Shown: positions 23,255-34,208 of the stretch, one piece after another
Position numbering within the stretch: the first letter of the stretch is position 1
How the letters are laid out: every line of letters starts with the position of its first letter
Assembly: GCA_032718475.1 (NCBI GenBank)
Contig: JAUCBJ010001160.1
Span: forward strand, 1 to 37,513
Length of the DNA: 37,513 nt
Direction: 5' to 3'
Source: Nemertoderma westbladi
Taxonomy: Eukaryota; Animalia; Xenacoelomorpha
Made by a program: the position numbers and the translations under genes
Notes under the pieces: model-generated
What the model was told of the DNA's origin: nothing
Database searches by the model: none
Seen by the model: only the letters and a program-made list of their open reading frames with translations

Positions 23255-23469
23255 CTGTGCAAATTTGGAAGAGTATGGATCCTCAAACAACTTCCAAATT
23301 CTATCTTTAATTTTTTCATATGTGGATGGAGTATTCCTAACTAGAACTTCTTCGCTAACAACTTGCTCGGGGTCTCCATCCTCAGGCTTGAAGGTGGAGG
23401 CAAGAGTCTCTGTATTGGTCCGATGTTGGCGGTACAATTGCCAGCAACATGTTTCAATCTCATTTTCAT
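23255..23469 (-). CDS. Shaw: Shaw/Kv3 potassium channel, coding exon 3
   Basis: TTTTAG| acceptor and CAG|GTTTGT donor. Encodes DENEIETCCW (T1 Zn-site CC) ... IWKLFEDPYSSKFAQ. Confidence 0.95.
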
Positions 23470-23529
23470 CTAAAAGGAAGGAAAGTACATCAACGTAAAT
23501 CATTACCGTAACGTAAATCATACCTGTAA

Positions 23530-23648
23530 CCAGTGTACCCAGTGTACCCGGTGTACGCGGTGTACCCGGTGTACCCGGTGTACCCAGTGTACCCGGTGTA
23601 CCCGGTGTACCCGGTGTACCAGGTGTACCCGGTGTACCCGGTGTACCA
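23530..23648 (+). repeat. 9-bp minisatellite (GTGTACCCG)n, about 13 units
   Basis: Direct tandem repeat about 60 bp from the Shaw exon 3 acceptor. Confidence 0.92.
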
Positions 23649-23725
23649 GTATATCAGTTTAATTCCATATATGCGAAGAAATGTGGAAGTCAACTGCAAT
23701 AATTGACTAAGATCACAGCACCCAA

Positions 23726-25054
23726 CCAATTTGGACCAAAAGCCACCACCATAAAGCCTCTCCCCAAGAAAGGAGACCTCGGTATACCAACAAATTATCG
23801 TGGGATCTGTCTGCTTGTGGTAGCTGCCAAAATATACAATAAATTGATTCTATATAGGATTAGGCCTCACATAGAGAAACTACTGCGTAAGAGCCAAAAC
23901 GGATTTCGACCAAGTAGATCAACAATAGCTCAGATACTTGCACTACGGAGACTGATTGAAGGAATTAAGTCAAAGAATCTCCCCGCAGTCATTACTTTTG
24001 TGGACTTCAAGAAGGCATTCGACTCCATCCATAGAGGCAAAATCCAAAGAGCTTATGGAATACCAGAAGTAATTGTTGCTGGCATTGGATTGTTATATTG
24101 TGACACAGAAGCGCAGGTACTCTCACCAGATGGTGAAACTGAGTTTTTCTCAATCCTGGCTGGCGTACTGCAAGGTGACACATTAGCACCATTACTATTT
24201 GTAATTGTGCTGGATTATGCAATGAGGACGCCCACAAAGGGTGAAGATCTGAGATTCACACTTCAAGAACGCAGAAGTAGTAGATATCCGGCAACTACAG
24301 TCACAGACACCGACTTTGCGGATGACATCGCCCTGCTCTCTAATACGCTAGCGGATGCAAGAGCTTCTACTAAATAAAGTGGAGAGGGCTGCTAAGGAGG
24401 TTGGATTGCATATAAATGCTACCAAGACCGAATTCATGACTTTTAATGTTGATGGAAATTTGACAACCATTGATAATAATCAACCAAGGAAGGTCGACGA
24501 CTTCCAGTACCTTGGATCATGGATAGAGAGTAGCAAAAAGTACATAGAAGTTCGGAAAGCAAAGGCTTGGCTAGCTCTATCAAAAATGGATACCATCTGG
24601 AAATCAGATCTCTCCAGGGATCTGAAGACTAAGTTCTCAAGTTCGAGCTCTTTCGAGCCACAGTGGAAAGTGTATTTTTATACTGGGGTGAGACCTGGAC
24701 ACTGACTAAATCACTTGAACAACGAATTGATGGTTGCTACACAAGACTACTAAGGGCAGCCCTAACCATCAGCTGGAGACAACACATGACAAACGCCGAG
24801 CTTTATGGTACAATACTACCTGAATCAACCACCCTCCGTGAACGCAGATTAAGATTCAGTGGGCACTGCTGGCGAAGTAAAGACGAGGTCATACCAGATA
24901 TACTTTTCTGGCAACCAACTCACCGGCCATAACATAGGGATAAGGGATACTGAACTTGGGAGAAACGAAATTGCGACAACTATGGAGAATCGGGAAGCCT
25001 GGAAGGATCTCATTTCCACTGTCCGAGTTCGCACGACCTAGTAGTAGTAGTAGT
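23726..25054 (+). mobile_element. 5'-truncated RTE-group LINE (family A) in Shaw intron 2
   Basis: RT motifs NYRGICLL, FVDFKKAFDSIHR, LQGDTLAPLLF and DFADDIALL, with frameshifts. (TAG)5 tail and 11-bp TSD ACAGCACCCAA (23715-23725, 25055-25065). Confidence 0.95.
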
Positions 25055-25220
25055 ACAGCACCCAAAGTCCTTCGTAGGGAATTACAATCGAAAATAAACT
25101 TAAGAATATAATTTAAACTCTAAAGGAAAAAGTAATAAATACCTCCGTTATTTTTCTTTATTTCAATTTATCTGAGATATTACTATCATATTACATTAAT
25201 ATAACAATATAATATAATAT

Positions 25221-25787
25221 ATTATTAAGTAATTAAACAGGACTAAGGATGATCCAACTCTATAGCAAACGGAGCGGAAAAAATGAATTCGCCACCAGCG
25301 GGGATCGAACCCGCGTCTCCCGATAAACGTTCAGGTATGCTAACAACTACACCACGGAGGCTCCGGCATCTTTCCGATTGATTTGCTATAGGTGGTAAGC
25401 TACCTTACGGTTGCTATTGAATACAGTCCTCCTTACGGATGGATTTAATCTGTATTCTAATGCAGTAGCAGTTATGACCTGTACTGCAAACGAATGTTAT
25501 TGTATATGTGTTTAACATCCATAGATTGTATAAATTATTAATTAATTAAACAGGACTAAGGATGATCCAACAATAGGAAAATCAATCGGAAAGATGTCGG
25601 AGCCTCAGTGGTGTTGTGGTTAGCATACCTAAACGTTTATCGGGAGACGCGGGTTCGATCCCCGCTGGTGGCGAATTCATTTTTTCCGCTCCATTTGCTA
25701 TAGAGTTGGATCATCCTTAATCCTGTTTAATTACTTAATAATTTATAAAATCTATGGATGTTAAACACATATACAATAACATTCGTT
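25221..25787. mobile_element. Fold-back element with two inverted tRNA-like copies (Penelope-like partial tandem + inverted layout)
   Basis: 25221-25384 is inverted to 25579-25742, and 25489-25571 is inverted to 25707-25787. Direct restart of the monomer with a 313-bp period (CAGGACTAAGGATGATCCAAC at 25238 and 25551). tRNA-like cloverleafs at 25290-25361(-) and 25602-25673(+) with T-arm GCGGG-TTCGATC-CCCGC. Confidence 0.8.
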
Positions 25788-25810
25788 AATAAAATAAATA
25801 ATTAACTTAC

Positions 25811-26049
25811 CAATGCCCCAAAAGACTAATTCATCCTCAATGAGGGGAATACAGAACTCTTTAGGGAGGTGAAGCTTTCCAGTCTGGTAGTAATTGAGAA
25901 TTGTTACAAAGAGCTGGGGATGTCTGTCGAACTCGAATTCTTTAGAGCTATCGTTGTAATAATAATCAAAGTACCTGCTACCTGGAAAGGTGATCCAGTA
26001 GAGGCGAGTGTTGGGTATGGACCGAAGTGTGCTCTGGAAAGTTTCATAC
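25811..26049 (-). CDS. Shaw: Shaw/Kv3 potassium channel, coding exon 2 (T1/BTB domain)
   Basis: [16 protein letters not shown]...[45 protein letters not shown]| acceptor and G|GTAAGT donor. Confidence 0.95.
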
Positions 26050-26124
26050 CTGCAAGTCATAGATAATAATAAAAAATGTGGGATGAACCATATCGTGGAC
26101 AGACATTGACTACTTTTTATGTTT

Positions 26125-26640
26125 ATTGCCAGAATGCTGCAAAGAGCATTAAGACCAATTATGCAGGGAGTAGATGGTGTTCCCCTGCCCCTGTGGTCTT
26201 TAAAATACCAGAGTGTTTGGAGCGAATGCACACCATCATAATAGACACTCGGGGAAAAGAGAGTCCCACAAGAAATGAAAACATATAAGTTGGTCCCTGC
26301 CCCAAAGAAGGATCTTTTCTATGTATCTTTTCGAGGAATCTCATTGATCTCGATTGCTGCAAAGGTATACAATAGAATTCTATTAAATCGTACCAGGAAT
26401 CCAATTGAGAGACTGCTACGTGGAAATCAGAATGGGATCTATAAAGGTCGTGGGACTTTGCACAATGCACACATCCCCAACCAAGCACTATATAATATTG
26501 GAGGTGTCCATTACTCCCCCACCACCCCAAGCTTGAGAGTTAAACTAAACAGCCTCCACTACGCAGGGCATTACTTGCATGATCCGCCTACCTGGTGCTA
26601 TGCCATCAGACCCAGTAGCAATGACGCATAAAGTCTACCC
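26125..26640 (+). mobile_element. Internally deleted RTE-group LINE fragment (family B)
   Basis: FRGISLISIAAKVYNRILLNR...LLRGNQNG is joined directly to the C-terminal NAHIPNQALYNIGGV segment. DNA matches 13980-14130 and 34490-34550. Confidence 0.8.
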
Positions 26641-26918
26641 TACAAGCACAACTGATGAACCAATGCTTTCATCTTGGCATGATCTTATACTATGAAAGAC
26701 AGCTGGTAAAAGAGTACAGTAGAGTTCAGAAAATTCGGAAAATACATGGCTTATTGGGAAATGTGTTGGTGTTGTGGCAATGCAAAGGTGACGGGGAGTG
26801 CAGGCCAATGTGAATGATATGATTAGCTGTATGATAAGTCTAGTATATACTGCATTACATGATAAAATATTGAAATAATAAATAGAAAAATGTCTAAATA
26901 GTTTTGTTAGAAATTTAA

Positions 26919-27668
26919 GGGGAGGGGCTAGCACCCCCCTATTTTGGAAATTGTCAAAAAACTTTTTTAGCCGATCATTTAAAAAAAAAAAAAATTTAAA
27001 AAGTTGTTTTACTAGTTATATGTTTAGCAAGCATGAAAAATTTTGTTGATTTTCATTCATTTTTGACAAAGATATTGTTGAACAAAGAAAAATGGTATTA
27101 TCTGAAATAGCGGGAAAGTTTCAATTTTTTCATAAACTTTAAACCCTATATCTCAGAATGACGCTTTGTCATGAAAAAGGCTATTTCTCCGACGATATTA
27201 ACTGAAATGCGTTGAAATTTGGTACACTTGTTGTTCATAATACTCTTCCATAATTCCTCTGAACAAATTTGGCTGGAAATGCCCTGGAGTCCCTTTACAT
27301 CAAAAAGGCACAAAAGGTTTTTTTTGGCCTTTTTGGTCTAAAATAGCCTTAAACCATTTTTCAGTTAAAAACTATCAGAAGAATTGGATGCAACGGTCTT
27401 CTGAACGTATATTCTAAATTTCGACAAATTCCAATATATATTGGTGGAGAAATAGCCTTTGGCTCAAAAAGGCACTTTTGGCCATTACAGAGTCAATTTT
27501 CTAAATATTTGGTTTGGCTATTCTTAAACAACCCAATCGATGTTTAGTAGCACAAAAAATTTTTTCAACCAATGTTAGGGTCCAGTGACACCAAAATGTG
27601 AGGTTCAATTTGGGGGTGCTACCCCCCCCCCCCCCCCCCTGCCCCCCCCCCACCCCCCCCCCCCCCCG
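26919..27668. mobile_element. MITE-like element with G/C-run termini
   Basis: TTAA|GGGGAGGGGCTAGCACCCCC at the left and GGGGGTGCTA+poly-C at the right. Internal inverted pair AAGGCTATTTCTCC (27177) / GGAGAAATAGCCTT (27446). The right-hand TTAA is not seen. Confidence 0.5.
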
Positions 27669-27985
27669 AGGGGGGGGGGGGGGTAGCATTCAGTAAAAGA
27701 ACTGAAAAATTCCATTTTACTCTTCCGTACAATGAAATAATTAATTTAACATGCGGGTATTTATACTTGGTTTACACATGTAATTAAAACACAGGACCAG
27801 CATTTATCGACTCTGCTCACTACGCCTCTCCTATCTTGCGTATATCGTTCAACAGGCTCAACCAGGAACAGCTGTTTCACAAGGGAATGAGCAGCTCACG
27901 GATCTTGACTCTAAAGACTTTGGTTTCAAGATTTCCTATGAACTTTGTGGAATTAGATAAGGCGGTAATATAGTTCGCAACTTAC

Positions 27986-28203
27986 CTAATTCCACCGACA
28001 TTTAGTGTAATTCTGGGATCGGTAACTGACCGTCTCAGATGGAAGGGTTTCTGCCGATAGTAATTGGATTCTCTGAGATCTTCGTCCACCTTGTGTCTTA
28101 CACAATCCAAATCTCTCTGATCGATACTCGACTTCTTCTTTTTTATAGATCGCCTCATTAAGGGAACTCCTCCAAGATCCCGCGAACCAATTACCAATGC
28201 CAT
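27986..28203 (-). CDS. Shaw: Shaw/Kv3 potassium channel, coding exon 1
   Basis: First in-frame ATG at 28203, with an upstream in-frame TGA. Ends PRITLNVGGIR (start of T1) with an AG|GTAAGT donor, phase 2, matching exon 2. Confidence 0.88.
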
Positions 28204-29689
28204 AATTTTATTATATTGATATGTCAATGAATCATATTTATTTCATGTATATGAATCATGTATATATTTAAAATATATCTGTAATATATCTGTAATATCA
28301 GAACATTAAAGTCTTTTCTACGTTTATATTATGTTTATATTATAGAACTGGAATATGCTGCTATTATCAAACGAGGAAACAAAAAATAGTGCATGCATAT
28401 GTTTAAATTACAATGGTATATTGCATATATTAAATAAAATTAAGTTATATAAATTCAGAAGAAGATATCCATTATGTAAGTGTAGAGGGGAAGATTAAAT
28501 CTTTAGACAAATCAATAACTAAATTTATAATATAAAAAATATATCATATACCTATGAATAAGATTATCAATTCAATATGATAAGTAATTTATAATACTAT
28601 AAGAAATAAATAATTACAGTGCAAGTAATTTTAATTTCCTGAGAGAGTATTTCATAATGGGTGTTTTTGAAACCTAATAAATCATTTAATAGTCTTTAAA
28701 GAAACGCTACTCATTTTCACAACTGAATTAATGCGATTCTGTAGAGGTATGTAATGATGACAAATATGATACCGTATATGCCAAATATATTGGATACAAT
28801 TCAATGCCATAATATAAATATCTTTGTCAATGTTTTACACGGGTTATGCCATGTGCTATCGGTATTCAATGCCTTATTCTATGTTGTAAAAGCCTCCACT
28901 TTCCTAACAGTAAATAAAGTAGCAAGTATTATGGTCTACTAATAACATCAGCAGATCAATGGATGATGCGTCCCTCTCCAGCAGCTGTACATCCTAGTGA
29001 GGAGGGGGCGGGGGGGCATTGCTGCATAGGAACCAGAATATTATTTATATGTTATGTTCGGTCATTACAAGCCTATCCTGTATGTAGATGTACTGTGTAT
29101 AATATGCTAAGCAGCCACGGCCTATTCATGGCGTAAGGAAAATTAATATTTGTTTTATTTCATATCACACACATGTTACCCCATTTAGAAGTGATATACA
29201 TTTCCATAATTATAATTTGAACATATTCATTCAAGTTCATTTAGTTTTTAAAGCAAGAAATTTAACATGTGTCTATCCTTCGGGCGTTACCAGTACTAAA
29301 GCATTGTGAGTTAATTCCCCTAATATATCTCAGGCAGGTCAGCTCTATCAATTTTTAAATCTATGATGTTGATGTTTTTAAATCTGTAACAAAGGTTTTG
29401 TGAATCCACAAATGCTCTTAACGGACCTCGACTGTGTTTATTAAAGTCAGACTCATGTTGCCCAAAGACTACTCCGTAGTATAGAACAGGCACCCAATGT
29501 CGGTGTGATTGTGAAAGCTACGAAGGCCGAAATTATGACCCTGAATTTGGATTACTCCTGCATGGGTACCATGAATAACTCGCTGGTAGTCGTGCTAATT
29601 TCTCTATCTAGAATCGGCTTGCTGCATCTGCATTAATAATGCTATGCCGACTTATCGACAAAATTGTACCGCCAAAACTATATATAACC

Positions 29690-29970
29690 CATGCTTTAGC
29701 AGGATGACTTTCAAGGCCAGTGTCCTTTTTAAAAGCCGTCTCAAGATCAAGAAAGTCGGTCATGGGCTGGCAACCATGCACGTGATGATCCTCTTCCGGT
29801 CCAGAGAATTGGTTTCCTCAGCAGTTAGTTGTTCCCATCATGGACTCCTGCATAATAACTGTTCTACTGCTGCTCTAAATAATCTAAACTTAAGTTTGCG
29901 ATGTATTATATGTCACATCCAAATCCTGGACATACCTTTTAATTCAATACTGTCCATGCATGGGGGACGC
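29690..29970 (-). mobile_element. Old RTE-group LINE 3' fragment related to family B
   Basis: Shares CCTCAGCAGTTAG...CATGGACTCC...CTACTGCTGCTCTAAATAATC..ACTTAAGTTT...CCAAATCCTGGA with 34613-34730. Confidence 0.65.
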
Positions 29971-31460
29971 ATTCCCCTGAGTTTCTCGATAGATCATGAT
30001 ACAAAGTGGTCGCGATGGCCCTGGAAGACATCTGCTACATCTGCTCTTTCGTTCTGAGATAATCTGAAGAAGATCTCTCTGTACAACAGGTCATGGCATG
30101 ACATGTGTTTATTACTAAATTGCTCATAAAATAAAATGGTATGGAAATCCCCCTCCATACAAAACCCAATCATACTAAATCGAACCAGGGATCGAAGAAC
30201 GAACCTTTGTCCTCCTGATTGGTGGGAGTCCAGTTTGTCACCTCTAGAGCAAGCGGCTTATATATTTTATTGTCTTGTTAATGTCGAAGGAACAGTGAAC
30301 TGGAATGGACAGTGAACACTTATCAGTCGTAAAGAAGAGAAGAAAAACTTATACTACTTACTACTACAGTAATACTGATATCTACTGATCTATATAAATA
30401 CAAAAGATTTTCACTTAATTACTTAGTTGTTTTGAACTCATAAATCAACGTGTTTTATAGCGCTTATTTCATCTGAAAACTTCTACAGATACTAATTCGT
30501 TTAATGTTTTGGTTAGAGTTTGTTTCAGCCCTTCTGGGACCTGTGTTTTAGCCAAAGCCAGGTATTTTTCACATATGGTTGTAAACTGCAAAGATAAATA
30601 TAACAGCAGAAAGTCAGGTATAATTAAAATGCCACCCCTTCCCCACCACCACCTCCCCTTCCACCAATAATACAATATTTAATAAACCCATTGAATTCAA
30701 TTAATTAAGTTTAGTATGGTTCCTTCATATTTTCTCCTATGGGCTCGTTTTAGTACCGGTTAGGCAGTAGTTTCATGAGGATAATAACTTTGCTGTCCCT
30801 GCTTAGTTTATAATAGATTTTGCATAAGAAGAAAAAATTAATATCAAAATATTGACAAAATAAGTACTGAATTAGCTGCCTGATTTACCTGTTGTAGTAG
30901 CAGTAGTATTATTATATTATTAACCCTATTACCTATTACTTTAATTTAAGTTATTAAATTATAAATAAAAAATTAATTAGTATTTATTATTTATCAAAGA
31001 AAGTTAAAATAATAAAACTATTGATAAATGAATAATAATTCTAAGCAACGCATAAAGAAAAGCAGAAATATTAATCAATTTATGAACAAATGATTATATG
31101 TACATAAGCCAGTGAGGCGCGCCTTTAAACATAAATTCAAATAAAAAATAACATAAATTGTTCCGGTTTTCCGGGCCATCTACTCTAGGTGATATGGTAT
31201 AAAGTAATCTGCTTGACAGCTTCAATCATGTTCCTCCCCCCTAATATTGGCAGCCAGCCACACAATTTTACAGTGACATTTCCTTACCTTAAGAACTCCA
31301 ATATAGTATGGACGTCATGCCTCCTTCGGATTGGTTGTCAAAAAGGCTAGATTCCCGAATTATTGGCATAATATGTACCAGATTACGTCTGTTTTTTTTC
31401 TTACAGACCCTCCATATAAAAGTTCATCAATAGTTGTTCTTATTGTAATAATTGTAATGT

Positions 31461-31610
31461 CGTGTGTTAGTGTTGTGCATACTAGAACAGATTAGTCCGT
31501 GTGTTAGTGTTGTGCATACTAGAACAGATTAGTCCGTGTGTTAGTGTTGTGCATACTAGAACAGATTAGTCCGTGTGTTAGTGTTGTGCATACTAGAACA
31601 GAATAGTCCG
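31461..31610 (+). repeat. 37-bp tandem repeat, 4 copies
   Basis: CGTGTGTTAGTGTTGTGCATACTAGAACAGATTAGTC at 31461, 31498, 31535 and 31572. Confidence 0.95.
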
Positions 31611-32149
31611 GGTTTTTTGTTGTTAAGTATTTGACATCGACAACAAGGTTAGATTGAAATAGATGGTAAAAAACAACACCGTTTTTTAAGATAAATAGGC
31701 CGAAAAAAAAGCACAAACATATACAGCTGTTTCCTGTTTGTGACAGAAGAGGTAAGTTTGTTTTCACCTTTTGAGCTTTATTCTCTTCAGCAATCGCCAA
31801 TAATGTTTAATGAACTTTAAGGTATTATATTATCACATTATCACGATTTAAGTTATTAAAATAAAATGTGTTGCACATTCACTGAAGAAGTAAATTAAAA
31901 ACAAATAAAAATAGAAATCACAGAGCAAAATCGTGAAGAGATGCCTCCCAGGCCAAGGTACTTATGGGATGAGCTATTGTTTGTAGGACTATTAATTAAT
32001 GCAGGGTACAACAATAAAATCATAGCGAGAGAAACAAACACACAGACACAGTTAAGTATTTAATACATAGAAACAACAACAAAAAATAATGAGCACTTCT
32101 TATCAAAAAAGAATGAATTGCCCTCAGTAACGGTGAAAGAAAAACTAAA

Positions 32150-33940
32150 GAGATCGACTGACAACAACTTGCCTGAGAAAATATTAACACTTAGATTCCA
32201 CTAAATCAGGAGGTAAGTTATTCCAGATATTCACAACACGAGAAGAAAATGCATGTTTGCTAATATTTAAACGACAACGTGGAACTAATAATAATTTTTT
32301 ACTGCTAGTGGCCACGTAGACCAGGGCGGGTGAAAGCACGGGTGCCGCCCAAAGCCGTTTCACCCAAAGCACGGGTGAAAAATTGGTTGAAATCTAGATC
32401 GACTAAACCATTTTCATTCGGTAGACCATTTTCAGGTCAAAAATTATTCTGCGAACCTCTAAGGGTTGTAATTTTAACAATTTTAATCGGTCTACGTAGC
32501 AATAGTATGGCATATTGCACCTTAAAAATAGACTAAAATATTGTTGTACTCCTTTTATTTGGTCTATGCTGAGGTATAGAAACGGCGACCATACCGAAGT
32601 GCAATACTCCAGTAACAGCAGTACGAGAGAGCGCCTTGTAGGCTGTCAGTAGAGCTTGCGAGTTTCTAGTTTTAACACAGCGAAAAAGCATATTGATTAG
32701 CTTGTACGCCTTGGTAGTACGTTCCGTGCTGTATAAACAAATGTAAGGTTATTTATTACTTATAGTTAGTTACATCTAAATCTCTACAAGAAGTATCAGA
32801 TTTAATTTCATAAAGTAGTTTTTATTTGCGTTGGAGTGGCCTACAGTTGGTATTACAGCACATTTATTTATGCGTTGCACTGTTGAGTTGCACGTTACAT
32901 GTGCATAGCAGGAGGCAAAGGTATTTTATTCTATTTTCTGAGTTATATTTTGTGAAAAATGCTTGTAACCATGCAAGTAAGTCACCCGCAATACCGTATG
33001 CAGCCAGTTTACATATAATTGCAGCTGTATAATTGCACACAACTGTCAAAAGCCTTCGCACAATCAATTTTCAATATCTGACTTATGAAGTTATAAAGTT
33101 GCAAATTACTTTACAAGTAAAGCAAAAAATGTGCTTGTGCTAAAACTACATATGATTAATGTAGATAATGCAGATTCGAGTAATTGAGTAAAAGTAGACT
33201 TTCTTTCAATAAAACGTGTTGAGCTTTAGTTATGATTGTGCTTTAGTCATTGATTATTATAGTTGTGATTACGTAATTACGAAATTAGTTACTTCTTTTT
33301 TTCTTACTTAGTTACTTCTTTTCTTCACAATTTCTATTATTTTACATGTTATACAAGTCAGAGATATTGGACGATAGTTGTAAGGATCACATCGATCACT
33401 TTTTTAAACGGAGGAACGCTATAACGGATTACCATAATGAAGGAAGTGTGTGCGTTTGGAACGAAAGATTAAATGTCACCGATAATGGGAAAGCGATTCA
33501 AATCGACAAACGCGAAAAAATGGTACTCGGCAAGTTATCTGGCGTCGTACTCATTTTGGCAAATCTAAAGTCTATAGTCTAAAGTGAAAAGTCTAAAGAG
33601 AAATGTTTTCAGGTACCGAAAATTCAAATTCAAAAATTCAGATTTCGAAAACGGGGAGTTTGCAGTTATCCTCAGTAAAATTACTCAGAGTACGTCTGAA
33701 AATATTATCGCCTTGGTTTGGTCATCGACAACAGTGTCAGCATTAAACTTTAGAGGTCCAATACACAGCCTGTTCTGCAGCTTGGAATTTAAGAATTTAA
33801 AAATGTGATTACGTTCCCCGGAGTTGAGTAACTTTGCTTCACGTGCGCAGGCCGCACGATGCGAGTAGGGCAACTCGAAGATACTCGACTCGGTTTCACG
33901 CCTCTTCCATAACGACCTTTTCATTCGCTGCAGGTTTTTG
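32150..33940 (-). mobile_element. Fragmented CR1-like LINE
   Basis: Colinear decayed ORF2 pieces: FKFLNSKL...VVDDQTKAIIF (33690-33900), PLSVTFNLSFQTHTLPSLW (about 33430-33500), AKAFDS...KLAAYGIAGDLLAWL (32950-33065), LEYCTSVWSP (about 32585-32615), FSSRVVNIWNNLP (about 32200-32250). Confidence 0.8.
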
Positions 33941-34208
33941 ACATACTGAGGATAACTTATTTTGGCTTTCGATTTTAAAGTCTTATAGGGAATAAACTTT
34001 TCTACACTGGACTTTTAATTACAGAAGTGAAAACATCATAAAAAATAATTTACAGTAATACATGGCTCATACAAAGAGTGAAAGTTTATATTTTATTTGT
34101 AATGTAAGACTTAAAGACAAATAATCCCCCTTTTTGAAACCGTAAAAACCGGCTGGTGTATCGGTAGAACTGTTATCACCTTGGAGCGAAATAATTTTAA
34201 AAGAAACG

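Noticed and set aside
23490-23729. (YTG)n ORF
   Set aside because: It is the translation of the intronic 9-bp repeat.
25243-25285. Possible hammerhead core CTAAGGA...GGAAA in the second fold-back element
   Set aside because: The core is not CUGANGA and I could not find convincing helix I/III pairing.
25290-25673. Functional tRNA genes (also 3881-3950 and 21936-22029)
   Set aside because: Anticodon loops are non-canonical (no U33, or replaced by the hammerhead) and all lie inside mobile-element structures.
27501-27689. Pro/Gly-rich ORF (also 17599-17862)
   Set aside because: It derives from poly-C/poly-G runs at MITE-like ends, and the homopolymer lengths are unreliable.
29410-29590. Very decayed RTE-like piece (AQRLLRSIEQA..VG) and a SINE-like remnant at 30180-30260
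   Set aside because: Too degenerate to delimit or classify by eye.
32305-32505. Possible MITE interrupting the CR1 3' end (ACGTAGACC/GGTCTACGT)
   Set aside because: The inverted match is short and there is no TSD.
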